Shown here piece by piece: positions 17,482 to 27,086 of a DNA stretch of 64,000 nucleotides. Made by a program: the position numbers and the translations under genes. Within the stretch, counting starts at the first letter, position 1. Each line of letters opens with the position of its first letter. The stretch comes from a virus: positions 1 to 64,000 of the IMG/VR virus record IMGVR_UViG_3300042922_000982. The stretch is one strand, 5' to 3'. The notes beneath the pieces are model-generated. The model saw only the letters and a list, made by a program, of their open reading frames with translations. It did no database searches and was not told where the DNA came from.

Positions 17482-19014
17482 CTAGGTGCGGAAGGGGTAG
17501 CGGACGTCGGTGTTGTAGTTCGTCTCGACCGGGCCCATCTGCGGGCTCGGGAAGCGGTAGCCCTTGTAGGGCAGGCCGCGCGTCACCTTGAGCGTGGTGC
17601 GATAGGTGCCGTAGGCTTGCCACGAGCCGCTCACCCCCTCGATGTAGAAGTCCATGATCAAGTTGCGGCGGCGCAGGTACTGGCGGCGCAGCTTGGTGCC
17701 CACGCGGTAGCACGGGTTCCCCTGCACCACGATCGTGCCCGAGCGGAAATCGGCCGACGGCGCGAACCAGCGGTAGAGCCTGAGCGTCAGGAGCGCCGTG
17801 TACGCCTGAATGTCCATCATGTTCTTGCCGTCGTTGTAGGTGGGGATGATCTTGGAGGGCACCACGAGCGGCCGGTAGCCGAAGCGGGCGGCCGAGGCCG
17901 CGTCGTAGTAGCCCACGCCGCCGATCACCTTGTTCGTCAGGGGATCGCGGGCGCCGAAGGCGGTCGGCTGGGCGTAAAAGATGTTGTAAATGGTCGGCTC
18001 GCCGCCGATGCTCGCCTGGTGAATGACGTCGTCGGTGATCACGAACATGGGCAGGGCGTCCCAGTCCTCCTTGTCGAACGGCGTATTGCGCAAGATGATC
18101 GTCGGCTTGGCGCCGTCGAACAGGTCGACCGTGCCGGTGTTGTCCTCTTCGCGCTCGCGCACCATCGAGGCCATGAAGCTCGGATCGTTCTCCAGCGTGT
18201 CGACGTAGAACTCGCACCATGTATCCTCGGCGAGGTCCTTGAGGTAGCCGTACAGGTTGGTCTCCTCGTTCATGAAGGTGTGCCCGGCCGGAATGGTGCC
18301 GAGCGTCTTGCCGAGCTTGTAGCCGAGCGCCTTCTGCACAGGCGATCGCACGCCCTCGGCGCGCTGGTAGCTCAAGCTCGTCACCTTGTAGAACATCTCC
18401 TCGAGGACCAGCTTGGTGATGAACGCCTTGCTCTTGCCCGCGATCACCTCGGGCAGGTGCTTCCAGCCCTTGAGCGCGAAGGCGGCCAGGTTGGCGTCCG
18501 GGTAGTCCTTGAACCAGTAGATTTGGGCGTTGAGCAGCATCTTGCCCATGTCAAAGCCCGTGATCGTGACGGTGTGCGGGATGCCCTGCCCGCCCGACAC
18601 CGGCGACTCGTGCTCGGTGGGGGCGGCGCCCACCACGCCCACCATGGCGCAGCGCAGCCGATCGCCCCGGCGGAAGCTGATCACCACCATGTCCATCGGG
18701 GCGATCACGTCGGCGAGCCACTGGCCCGCGAGCGGCCCCTCTTGGATCGGGCGGTTGATCAGCGTCATGCTCCACGACCCGGTCGGGTTGCCCAGGTCCT
18801 TGTCGTAGGAAATGTCGAGGATGTCGCCCCAGAGCGGCTTGTCCCCCGATTGCCCCGACACGCCGTTGACGGTGAAGAGGCTGCCGCTGGAGTAGAACTT
18901 GACGCGCGCGGGCACCGGGCCGCCCATGGTGTTGTGGAGCGGCACGTCCTCGCGGTAGCCGGTGTGGCCCGCGATCGGCGTGGTGGGGCTTGGCAGCTGG
19001 GGCAGCTCGGACAT
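17482..19014 (-). CDS. Baseplate hub protein (gp27/gp44-like)
   Basis: 510 aa after the tape measure; ITGFDMGK, RFG.RPL, SGTIVVQGNP.YRVG, FYIEGVS motifs. Confidence 0.75.
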   Translation of the reverse strand: MSELPQLPSPTTPIAGHTGYREDVPLHNTMGGPVPARVKFYSSGSLFTVNGVSGQSGDKPLWGDILDISYDKDLGNPTGSWSMTLINRPIQEGPLAGQWLADVIAPMDMVVISFRRGDRLRCAMVGVVGAAPTEHESPVSGGQGIPHTVTITGFDMGKMLLNAQIYWFKDYPDANLAAFALKGWKHLPEVIAGKSKAFITKLVLEEMFYKVTSLSYQRAEGVRSPVQKALGYKLGKTLGTIPAGHTFMNEETNLYGYLKDLAEDTWCEFYVDTLENDPSFMASMVREREEDNTGTVDLFDGAKPTIILRNTPFDKEDWDALPMFVITDDVIHQASIGGEPTIYNIFYAQPTAFGARDPLTNKVIGGVGYYDAASAARFGYRPLVVPSKIIPTYNDGKNMMDIQAYTALLTLRLYRWFAPSADFRSGTIVVQGNPCYRVGTKLRRQYLRRRNLIMDFYIEGVSGSWQAYGTYRTTLKVTRGLPYKGYRFPSPQMGPVETNYNTDVRYPFRT

Positions 19015-19023
19015 GGACTCTCC

Positions 19024-21822
19024 TTAACCGGCCGTGTGCGTGGCGACGTACTGCGCCTGGGCCATCTCGTACGCCTCGGCCGCCGCACCCCGCAGCGATC
19101 GCCGCATGGTCTCGGGGTCGTTGGTGACGATCGTGACGTGCTGCGCCACCGACACCGCCCCCGCGCTGACGGTCGCCGGGGCGCCCTTGGGGGCGGGCGC
19201 CCCCCAGCCGTCGTCGGCGCTCGCGCCGTTGGGATTGAACTTGATGGTGGGCGCCTGGTTGCGCAGGCTTTCGGGCAGGCTCTCCGGCTTGACCGCGCGC
19301 AGCAGATCGTCCGAGACGATCGCGTTGGACAGGCCGAAGTAGCCGCGCGCGTTGACGAGCTTGCCGTTCTTTTTCGCCTGCCAGTGCAGGTGCGGCCCGC
19401 TGGAGCTGCCGCCGGTCTTGACGCCGCCGTACTTCTGCCCCGACCCGACGATCGTGCCGGGGTCGAGCTTCTGCCCCTTGCGGAACGGCAGCGCCATCGA
19501 CATGTGCATCGTCTGGAACGTGACGCCCGTCGGCTCGCCGGTCTTGGGGTCCAGCTCCGCGAAGTTCATATAGAGCCCGCCCTCCCCGCCCTCCGAGGTG
19601 CCGAGGAACTTGGCGGGCTTGGATCCGATCGTGACGAATTGGCCCGGCTGGTAGTGCCCACGTCCGTTGATGTCGATCAGGTTGGGATTGCCGTCGTGGT
19701 GGACGTGCTTGGGCGCGCCGTTCGGGTGGTAGCCGCCGTCTTGCGCGGCCACCGCCGCCGCCGCCCGCTTGATCGGGTCGGGGCTGTTGCCGTTGATCGC
19801 CCGGTCCGAGCGGTAGATCAGACCCTGGCGCTCGAACTCTTGGAACGCGCGCGTCTGCACCTCGGCCGCGCCGCCCCCGAGGCCGAACAGGCCGGGGTTG
19901 CTCGGCTGGGTCGAGGTGTCGACCTCGGTGTAGCCGCCGCCGCCGCCCATGATGCCCTGCGCCTTGCGCTTGCGGTACGCCTCGCGCTGGGCGGGCGTGC
20001 GCATCTTGTCGGCCATGGCGCGCAGGGCCTGGGCTTGCAGCGGGTTGCCGCCGTTCTCGGCCGCCTGCGCCTGCTGCTCAAGCCCCGCCGCCGCCGGGTT
20101 GTCGAGCATCTCCTGCACCTGCCCGAGCTTGCCGACCAGGCCCATCAATTGGCCGCCGATGGTGCCCAGATTGCCCATGAAGCCCTGGATGTGCGAGAAG
20201 ATGCTGCCCACGCCCGGCATGATCTTGTCGACGAAGAAGTTGGCGAACTTCAGGGTCCACTCCTGGATCGACTTGAACATGGGGAAGAAGGTCGATCCCG
20301 CCTTGTGCCGCAGCTCTTCGGCCAGCTTGTCCACCTCGCGCACCTCGCGCGCCTTCGAGCCGTCTTGCCGCGCCATTCCGGCGCCGATCACGCCGCCGCC
20401 GACCGCCTCGTTGATCGCCTTGCGGTTGCCCCAGTCCTTGAAGCCGCCGGTGGCCTCAAAGAGCTTGCGGGTCTCGCGGAAGCCGAGCCGATCGCCGAAC
20501 GTCTTCTGAAACAGCCGCATGGCGCCCTCGCCGCCGCCGGTCAGGCCGTTCGCCTGCTCGCCGACCGCCTGCAACAGCTCGGGCGAGAGCCCGCCCTCGC
20601 GCAGCTCCATGAGCTGGTAGGGGCTCATTTTGTTGCCGAACTTGGTTAAGAGAGCCTTGTTGATCAGGGTCTCGGAAATGTCGTCGCCGCCGTTGGGCGC
20701 GATCACCTCGTTGAGCTTGCCCATCAAGGAGGCGCCGCGCTGCCCCTGGAACATGCTCTCGCCGGTGGCGTTGAGCTTGGCCTGCACGGCCAGCAGCCCC
20801 ACGCGCTCCTGATCGGTCATGTTGCCGATGCGCTCGCTCACCCCGCCGAGCACGGCGGCGGCGGCCTCGATGGCCTCGGCCGCGCGCGGCATCATCTTGC
20901 CCTGATCGATGCCTGCGGCCACCTCGCGGCTGAACCGGCGCAGATCGCCCTCCTTGAAGGCGCCCGCTTGCCCCATGCGGCCGAACATGCTGGACGTGTA
21001 GCCGCTCTCCAGGCCGAAGCCGCGCGTGAAGCGCAGGCCCGCGTCGATGTCCGGCGTGTTGATGCCGCCCGAGCGCGTGGTGCCGGACCCCATGGCGCCA
21101 GCCAGGCTTTCGGCGAAGGCTTGCGTGTCGGCCCGGCTGTAGAGCAGGCGATCGCCGACGCCGTGAATGTCGTGCGCCATGCCCGACTCGCTTCGGCCGC
21201 CCGCCAGGCGCGTCGACATATTGGCGAGGTGCACGTACTCGCCTGCGACCTCTTGCACCGCCTGGCTGATGTAGGCCACCACGCCGCCCAGGCCGATCAT
21301 GCCGCCAAGGCCGCCGAGCATCTGGCCCACGCCGCCGGTCGCGCCGCCGCCCGCCTGGGCGCGGCGGGGGTTCTGCTCGAAGTGGTGGCGATCGTCGCGG
21401 AAGTTGTCGACGCTCGAACGCGCGTGGTGGCGGCGCTGCTGAATTTGCGTCTCAAGCCGGTTGAGCGCGTCGAGCTTGCGGGTGGTCTTGTCGATTTCGC
21501 GATCGACCTGCTGGAGCCCCGTGGTGATGCCACGGGCCATCATGTCGGCTTTTTGCGTGGTGAGGGCCGCCATGCGGGTCATCTCGGTCGAGATCTTGCC
21601 CGTGACGTCGCGGCTGGTGCGCTCAAGCTCGTGGTAGGCGCGCTCGACCTGGCTGATCGAGCGGCCGAAGGCGCGATCGTCAACCGGGTTGATGTGCCCC
21701 TCGCGGTTGGCGCGCGCCATCGCCTGCTCCAGCTGGCGCATGTGGCGCTCCATCTGGGAGACGGCGGCCGTCGCGCGGCCCATATCCACGTCGGCCGCAA
21801 ACCCCAAGCGTTCGATACTCAT
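19024..21822 (-). CDS. Tape measure protein with a C-terminal M23-family peptidase
   Basis: 932 aa helical Ala/Gly-rich body; HHDG..NLID, HMS, KGQK..PG..VG, SSGPHLHW. Confidence 0.85.
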   Translation of the reverse strand: MSIERLGFAADVDMGRATAAVSQMERHMRQLEQAMARANREGHINPVDDRAFGRSISQVERAYHELERTSRDVTGKISTEMTRMAALTTQKADMMARGITTGLQQVDREIDKTTRKLDALNRLETQIQQRRHHARSSVDNFRDDRHHFEQNPRRAQAGGGATGGVGQMLGGLGGMIGLGGVVAYISQAVQEVAGEYVHLANMSTRLAGGRSESGMAHDIHGVGDRLLYSRADTQAFAESLAGAMGSGTTRSGGINTPDIDAGLRFTRGFGLESGYTSSMFGRMGQAGAFKEGDLRRFSREVAAGIDQGKMMPRAAEAIEAAAAVLGGVSERIGNMTDQERVGLLAVQAKLNATGESMFQGQRGASLMGKLNEVIAPNGGDDISETLINKALLTKFGNKMSPYQLMELREGGLSPELLQAVGEQANGLTGGGEGAMRLFQKTFGDRLGFRETRKLFEATGGFKDWGNRKAINEAVGGGVIGAGMARQDGSKAREVREVDKLAEELRHKAGSTFFPMFKSIQEWTLKFANFFVDKIMPGVGSIFSHIQGFMGNLGTIGGQLMGLVGKLGQVQEMLDNPAAAGLEQQAQAAENGGNPLQAQALRAMADKMRTPAQREAYRKRKAQGIMGGGGGYTEVDTSTQPSNPGLFGLGGGAAEVQTRAFQEFERQGLIYRSDRAINGNSPDPIKRAAAAVAAQDGGYHPNGAPKHVHHDGNPNLIDINGRGHYQPGQFVTIGSKPAKFLGTSEGGEGGLYMNFAELDPKTGEPTGVTFQTMHMSMALPFRKGQKLDPGTIVGSGQKYGGVKTGGSSSGPHLHWQAKKNGKLVNARGYFGLSNAIVSDDLLRAVKPESLPESLRNQAPTIKFNPNGASADDGWGAPAPKGAPATVSAGAVSVAQHVTIVTNDPETMRRSLRGAAAEAYEMAQAQYVATHTAG

Positions 21823-21840
21823 GCGCCCTCTAGCCCCCTG

Positions 21841-22257
21841 TTACACCTCGTCGCCCGCCAGCAGGTCGACGACCTCAAACACCTGATCCGGCCTCGGCTT
21901 CGGGTTGCGCAGCGCCTTGAGGCGCGCGAGCGCCGCAGCCGGGTCCGCGTTGCCCTGCGCCGCCGTCGGCACGTCGGGGTCGTCGATCACGACCGGCGGG
22001 GGCGGGTTCGCCGCCGCCCTGGCCTTGGCCTCGGCGCTCTGGCGTTCGAACCACTCGTCGGCGGTCTCTTGATCGTCGGCCTCGCGGCCTTCCAATGCCC
22101 AGAATAGCTCAAGATCGAGGCGCGCCTGGGCGTAAGTGACCGCCCTGGCGCGTGGATCGTTCATGGGGATCTTGAAGGTGTGCCGCCAGACCGTCCACCA
22201 GAGGGCCTTGGTGGCCCCCAGGATGGTCGGCAGCTGCGCTTCAAAGTCCTTCGCGAA
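21841..22257 (-). CDS. Tail assembly chaperone C-terminal extension, probably reached by +1 frameshift
   Basis: Frame is open 31 codons upstream of ATG 22164 back to TTT-C at 22258-22255; W...FKIP.NDPR...T..Q motif. Confidence 0.65.
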   Translation of the reverse strand, partial: FAKDFEAQLPTILGATKALWWTVWRHTFKIPMNDPRARAVTYAQARLDLELFWALEGREADDQETADEWFERQSAEAKARAAANPPPPVVIDDPDVPTAAQGNADPAAALARLKALRNPKPRPDQVFEVVDLLAGDEV

Positions 22258-22774
22258 ATCGATCGCTCCAGCGCGTGTACCAGAATTGGATCAGCAGGAT
22301 CACGCTGCGGTCCTTGATCGTGGTCAAGTTGAACCAATCGGGCTTTTCCTCGAGCATGATCTCGGCGATCGCGGTGCCCTCAAGCAAGGCGGCCAGGCTG
22401 GATCGGACCAGCGTGCCCTGCGAGAGCTGCTCGTAGCGCACCTGCAACTGAAGCTCGTCGTAGAAGCCGGGCTGGCGCACCTTGAAGGTGCCCGCGTGCT
22501 CAGCGTACCACTCGTCGCTGAAGCGCATCTGCTGGCGTTCGACCGGCAGCAAGACCTCGCCCGTGTCCGGGTGCAAGACGGCCTGACGGGTGCCGTTCCA
22601 GGCGTCGACCGCCTGCTTGAGCGTGAAGGTGTCGGTGAAGTCGCTGCCCATGAACACCTTGGCCATCACGGAGGTGGCTTCAGGCGTCAGCACGGGGGTC
22701 TCGGGGGCGGCGTCCTCGGCCTTGTCGGGGGCGGCCGGGGGCGTCTGCGCGGTGCGGTTGGCGTTGGGGTCCAT
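22241..22774 (-). CDS. Tail assembly chaperone
   Basis: 177 aa between tube and tape measure; GTFKVR.P, PDW motifs; AAGGAG RBS. Confidence 0.75.
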   Translation of the reverse strand: MDPNANRTAQTPPAAPDKAEDAAPETPVLTPEATSVMAKVFMGSDFTDTFTLKQAVDAWNGTRQAVLHPDTGEVLLPVERQQMRFSDEWYAEHAGTFKVRQPGFYDELQLQVRYEQLSQGTLVRSSLAALLEGTAIAEIMLEEKPDWFNLTTIKDRSVILLIQFWYTRWSDRFREGL

Positions 22775-22811
22775 GGGGTCTCCTTGGGGATCGGTGATGG
22801 CGTTAAAGAGG

Positions 22812-22870
22812 GGCTTGCCCTCCGGGGCGGCCGTCGGCGCTAACCGGGCCGCCCTGGAGGGCCGTCAAGC
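22812..22870 (-). terminator. Long GC hairpin after the tail tube gene (terminator/attenuator)
   Basis: ccctccggggcggcc...ggccgccctggaggg inverted repeat followed by a short T tract on the minus strand. Confidence 0.5.
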
Positions 22871-23362
22871 CTACTGGGTAATGGCCGGGGCCGACGGGGT
22901 CAGACCCGTCTGCGCCGGGGCCTGCTCGGCGCCCGTGGCGCCGCCCTTCGAGGCCGTGCGGAAGAACATGGTGGCGTTCTCGCCGCAGATCTCGCCCTGG
23001 CGGATCGTCTCGCGGTAACGCTGGATCACGCAGTCCTCGTAATTGCGCAGCGTCAGGCCGTTCTCGTCGTGGAGGGTCACTTCGAGCACTTCGAGGTCCA
23101 GGATCTCCTTGCCCAGGGCGGCGACGCCCAGGTTGACGAGATCCTGCTCGCGGATCATGAAGGTGTCGAGCGTGAGCGTGCCGTTGAACTTCAAGAACAC
23201 ATGCTCAGCCGCCTCGTAGTCGCCCACGCCGTGGACGGCCTGCGTGCCGAAGTCGTGATCGGCGTCGAAGGACTGGGCGCGGCCGGAACCGATCTCCGTG
23301 CCCGCCAGGTAGATTTTCGCTTGAAGGTGCGAGCGCACCTTCTGAGTGGTACGGGATGCCAT
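22871..23362 (-). CDS. Tail tube protein
   Basis: GRAQS.....FGT..V.G.G....EHV.L...G.LTL; SPO1/Twort-like tube directly after the sheath. Confidence 0.85.
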   Translation of the reverse strand: MASRTTQKVRSHLQAKIYLAGTEIGSGRAQSFDADHDFGTQAVHGVGDYEAAEHVFLKFNGTLTLDTFMIREQDLVNLGVAALGKEILDLEVLEVTLHDENGLTLRNYEDCVIQRYRETIRQGEICGENATMFFRTASKGGATGAEQAPAQTGLTPSAPAITQ

Positions 23363-23388
23363 TGTTTAACTCTCCTCCTGGCCTCAGC

Positions 23389-25182
23389 CTACGCCGCCAC
23401 GCCCTGGACAGCGGCCCAGTGCGCGGTGATGGTGATGTAGTTCCCCGGCTCGGCGATGGACGCCTCGAACTCGACGCTGTAGGTGCGGTTCGAGAAGGTG
23501 ACCTTCACGTTGCGGAAGGGCTTGACCGCCTTGCCGTCCTTCAGGCCGCCGACCAGCATGCCTTCCTTGGCCGCCAGGTCGAGCATCTTCTCGACGTCGC
23601 GCTTGATCTGACCGAGGCGGATGTTCATCTCGCTGGTGGGCGGGATGCCGACGTACTTCTCCTCGAGCAGCTCCTCCATGTTGGTCAGAATGGTGTCCGA
23701 CACATGCAGCACCGACGGCTCGGAGGCCAGGGTGTTGGTGGTGCGGATTTGGGCCAGCTGGCCGATGCCGATGCGGAAGCCCTTCTTCGTCTTGGCGACG
23801 TAGGAGGCCGCCGCGCTGATCACCTCTTCCTTCTGGGTCGGGTCGTAGTCGCCCTCCAGGCCCTTGATCAGCACGTACTTGCCGGTCAGCGAGTCCTGCG
23901 GCTTGCCGCCCGCCTTGATGCCCGCCATCGCGGCGGCAAGCAGCCAGGAGGGGAAGAGCTTCTCGGCGCCCTTGTCCTCGACCTTGATGCCGGGGGTGGC
24001 CATCAAGACGCGCTCGCTGTTGAGCTTGAAGATGCGCTCGGCGAGCGCCGTGATGTCGGTCGAGCCGTCGGGGTTGAACACGACCTCGCCGAGCGCGTGG
24101 CCGAAGTAGGCCGTGCGGCGCATCTTGATCTTGATGTCGCTCATGGCCAGGCAGTGCTCCAGGGCCGCGCCCTGCACCAGGTCGTCGTCGGTGCACGGGA
24201 CCAGGAAGTAGCCGGGCTCGGCGGCCAGCTTGGCGAAGGCGGCCTTGTAGTCGTCGAGCGTGGCCGTGCCCTCGGCGCCGCCCGAGAGGAACGTGGGGGC
24301 CGTCACGGCCACCGGGGCCACGTTGCTCTTGAACTCGGCGACCGCGCAGACCGCAAAGCGGTTGATGAACTCGACGCAGGCGCCGTTGATCGCCGTGAGC
24401 TTGGCGGCCGTCGCCGTGAGCGCCACCGGGGTGCCGATCGGGTCGAGCCACTCGCTCTTCATCTGGGCCGCGCCCAGGACCTTCACGTTGAAGCCGGTCT
24501 GGCTCTGCAACAGGTCGGCCAGTTTCTCGATGGTGTCCACGGCGGGATCCGTGAGGTCCACCTGGAACGAGGTCGAGCCGTCGGTCGCGCCGGTCACGCT
24601 CACCGTCAAGGTCGGCACGGTCGCAACCAGGCCCACGTCGATGGTGCAGGCCGAGCCGTTGCCGGTGTAGGCGATGGCGAGCACGTTGCCCAGGTCGGTC
24701 GAGATCTGATCGACCTTGTCCGAGATCTTCTTGATCACGACGCGGCGCAGATCGGGGTCATCCTTGCCCGCCAGGATGCCGACCTGGGTGCCGACGCCGT
24801 GCTTGCCCCAGTCGCGGTCGAACACGTCGAACGCCTCGGCCGGGGTGCCCGCCGTATCGAGGAACGTGAGCTTCGCGCGCGTGGCCTGGTTGACCCGCAA
24901 GGCGATGATCACGTCCGCGCCCTTCGACTCGGGGCTCGGCGTCCAGGCGGCACGGGCCGCCGCGTGCAGCGGGCCGCCGCGCAGAACCTTGAGCGCGCGC
25001 TCCTTCGAGCCCGCCGAGAAATACAGCGGCTTGTTCGGCTCGCCGCCCTCGCTGGTGCCGACCAGCATGACCACGTTCAACGCGCCGATGCGAATTTCCA
25101 CCATCTCGGACGCGTCGCCGAAGCCGTACGCGCCCGGAATCAGGATGGTGCGCCCGGCAAAAGTGATGCCCTTGGTAGCCAC
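23389..25182 (-). CDS. Tail sheath protein
   Basis: 597 aa; PGAY, G.SEGGEPN, LRGGPL, DWG..G, LSGG.EG, LTGKY motifs. Confidence 0.9.
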   Translation of the reverse strand: MATKGITFAGRTILIPGAYGFGDASEMVEIRIGALNVVMLVGTSEGGEPNKPLYFSAGSKERALKVLRGGPLHAAARAAWTPSPESKGADVIIALRVNQATRAKLTFLDTAGTPAEAFDVFDRDWGKHGVGTQVGILAGKDDPDLRRVVIKKISDKVDQISTDLGNVLAIAYTGNGSACTIDVGLVATVPTLTVSVTGATDGSTSFQVDLTDPAVDTIEKLADLLQSQTGFNVKVLGAAQMKSEWLDPIGTPVALTATAAKLTAINGACVEFINRFAVCAVAEFKSNVAPVAVTAPTFLSGGAEGTATLDDYKAAFAKLAAEPGYFLVPCTDDDLVQGAALEHCLAMSDIKIKMRRTAYFGHALGEVVFNPDGSTDITALAERIFKLNSERVLMATPGIKVEDKGAEKLFPSWLLAAAMAGIKAGGKPQDSLTGKYVLIKGLEGDYDPTQKEEVISAAASYVAKTKKGFRIGIGQLAQIRTTNTLASEPSVLHVSDTILTNMEELLEEKYVGIPPTSEMNIRLGQIKRDVEKMLDLAAKEGMLVGGLKDGKAVKPFRNVKVTFSNRTYSVEFEASIAEPGNYITITAHWAAVQGVAA

Positions 25183-25215
25183 ATTAACCTCCTCTGTTTG
25201 TGGGACCGATCCCGC

Positions 25216-25761
25216 TTATTGCAGGACCCAGGTCCCCGTAACCGTGACATCCTCGGCCGGATCGCCCAGCGGCGTGACCTCGGTGATCGGGGAGACCCCC
25301 GAAATTTCAAAGGTGTACATGAAAATGTCGTTCGGCGCGTCCTTGTCGAAGTCCTGGCTATCGCCCTGCTCGCTAAGCTGGCTCTTGTGCAGATCCTTCG
25401 CGTCGGACAGCGCCTTGCGCACCCGCCACAGCACCTTGCGGACCGCTCTTTTGATGAGGTCCCTATCGTCGGGGGTCAGCGCCCAAACGGTCACCTCCAC
25501 GGACTGGCGGTAGTAGGCACCCTCGACGGTGTACCATTTGCCGTCGTCCGTATCCTGGACGGTCTCGGTGAATTGCTCGCCGATCGTCTCGCTGTCCAGG
25601 CCGCCGCTTGCTTGCGTCACCGAGATGCATGGTAGCAAAGAAGGGAGCGTCGGATACGCGTTTCGGACTTCGAAATTTTGTCCGCCGACCTTGGGGAGCA
25701 GCACGCGGAGCGCCGCGATAATCTCCATTTTCAGGTCGAGGTCCTTCGGCGGCAGCGCCAT
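25216..25761 (-). CDS. Tail completion/terminator protein
   Basis: YP.....P.ISV motif; immediately upstream of the sheath. Confidence 0.65.
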   Translation of the reverse strand: MALPPKDLDLKMEIIAALRVLLPKVGGQNFEVRNAYPTLPSLLPCISVTQASGGLDSETIGEQFTETVQDTDDGKWYTVEGAYYRQSVEVTVWALTPDDRDLIKRAVRKVLWRVRKALSDAKDLHKSQLSEQGDSQDFDKDAPNDIFMYTFEISGVSPITEVTPLGDPAEDVTVTGTWVLQ

Positions 25762-25763
25762 TC

Positions 25764-26357
25764 CTACACCCCCATGTCCTTCTTGAGCGCCTCACGCAGC
25801 ACGCGCGACGCCTTGTCCCTCATCTTCTCGTTGGTGTACTTGTCGAGCCGCATGGGCGCGATGCCGGGGTGAATCCAGCCCTTCGAGCGGCTCGTCACGA
25901 TGCGGAACACGCGCGCCGCGAAGCGGTGCTTGCTCGTCGGAATGGCCACGATCAGGTACTTGATGCCCCGGCGGCTGATCTTGGCCTTGGGGCTGTTGAG
26001 CAGCCCCGGTTTCATGTCGTAGGGCTTGATGCCGTCGCGCAGGAACTTGTAATACTTGATCTTGATCTCGATGCCGCCCTTGAGCTTGGAGCCCTGAAAG
26101 GGGTAGCGCAGACCGCCGAGGATCGAGCCGTGCAGGCCGCCGGTGATGCGGTGAATGACGAACTGGCCGCCCGACCACGACACGCGGTTGCCCTGCACCG
26201 CGCGCAACATGACCTTTTGAGACTCGCGCGTCAGCCGCTCGACCGCCTTCGCCGTGTGCGGGTAGGCGTCCGCGTTGCGCAGCTGGCTAAGCCTGCGGGC
26301 GTTTTTCATGACGCCCTCGCGGCCGGTCGCCTTCAGCTTGATGACGATCTCGGCCAT
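25764..26357 (-). CDS. Neck/tail completion protein (HK97 gp10-like)
   Basis: TGGL..SI, G.KPYDMKPGLL, FRIVT..S..WIHPG. Confidence 0.65.
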   Translation of the reverse strand: MAEIVIKLKATGREGVMKNARRLSQLRNADAYPHTAKAVERLTRESQKVMLRAVQGNRVSWSGGQFVIHRITGGLHGSILGGLRYPFQGSKLKGGIEIKIKYYKFLRDGIKPYDMKPGLLNSPKAKISRRGIKYLIVAIPTSKHRFAARVFRIVTSRSKGWIHPGIAPMRLDKYTNEKMRDKASRVLREALKKDMGV

Positions 26358-26360
26358 GGG

Positions 26361-27077
26361 CTACACCGCCCCGCCGAAGAGGGTGTCGCCCATGGTGACC
26401 TCGAAGCCGGTCGGCACCTCGGGGTCGGCTATCGCCACGCCGGTCAGCTTGCGCCGCGTGACCAGCTTGCCGGTGGCCTTGTCCGGCAATCGCTGATCCT
26501 CGAAGCCCCGGTTCATGGGCTTGTCGCCGCGATGGACCTGGTACGCCTCCTGGTAGGTGAACTCGACCGAGAGCACCTCGCCGGGGGCGGGCACGTCCGC
26601 GCCCGACCACGCGATCGCCCCGAGCGCCCCGAGCGCGTAGGACGTGGGGGAAAACTCGTGAACGGCGCCCGCGCGGAGCGTCTTGATGCCGAGGATGGCC
26701 TTGGGGAATAGCTCGTTGAGCTTGCCGTCCGGGTACTTGACGATTTCAGAGGCGCGACCGGGAAATTGGCGCGTGACGATCCAGTCGCCTTCGGAGAGCC
26801 GGATGCGCACATGGGGCGTGATCGAGCGGCTGCCGGTGTCGACGGTGCCGGACGCGCCGCGATCGCCCTTGCGGTTGTGCCCGGTGAGCAAGACGCGGAT
26901 TCGCTTCGGCTCTTCTCGCATGTAGCCCAGGCCGTCGCACACCGCGCAGGTGGGCTGGGGGAAGCCCTCCGGGGTCAGGCACGGGCAGCGCTGCGTGCGA
27001 TACCAGTCGACCCATTGGCCCTTGCGGTCGATGAATTGGGCCAGCTGGAGCGGGTTGAACTTGGCGCCGAATCCCAT
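26361..27077 (-). CDS. Head closure/neck protein
   Basis: GQ.V.W....CPC.......C..C.G.GY motif of SPO1/Twort-like neck proteins. Confidence 0.7.
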   Translation of the reverse strand: MGFGAKFNPLQLAQFIDRKGQWVDWYRTQRCPCLTPEGFPQPTCAVCDGLGYMREEPKRIRVLLTGHNRKGDRGASGTVDTGSRSITPHVRIRLSEGDWIVTRQFPGRASEIVKYPDGKLNELFPKAILGIKTLRAGAVHEFSPTSYALGALGAIAWSGADVPAPGEVLSVEFTYQEAYQVHRGDKPMNRGFEDQRLPDKATGKLVTRRKLTGVAIADPEVPTGFEVTMGDTLFGGAV

Positions 27078-27086
27078 GGGGTCCTC

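Noticed and set aside
13765-25182. Headless contractile injection system or tailocin
   Set aside because: Capsid, scaffold, protease and neck genes are contiguous with the tail genes.
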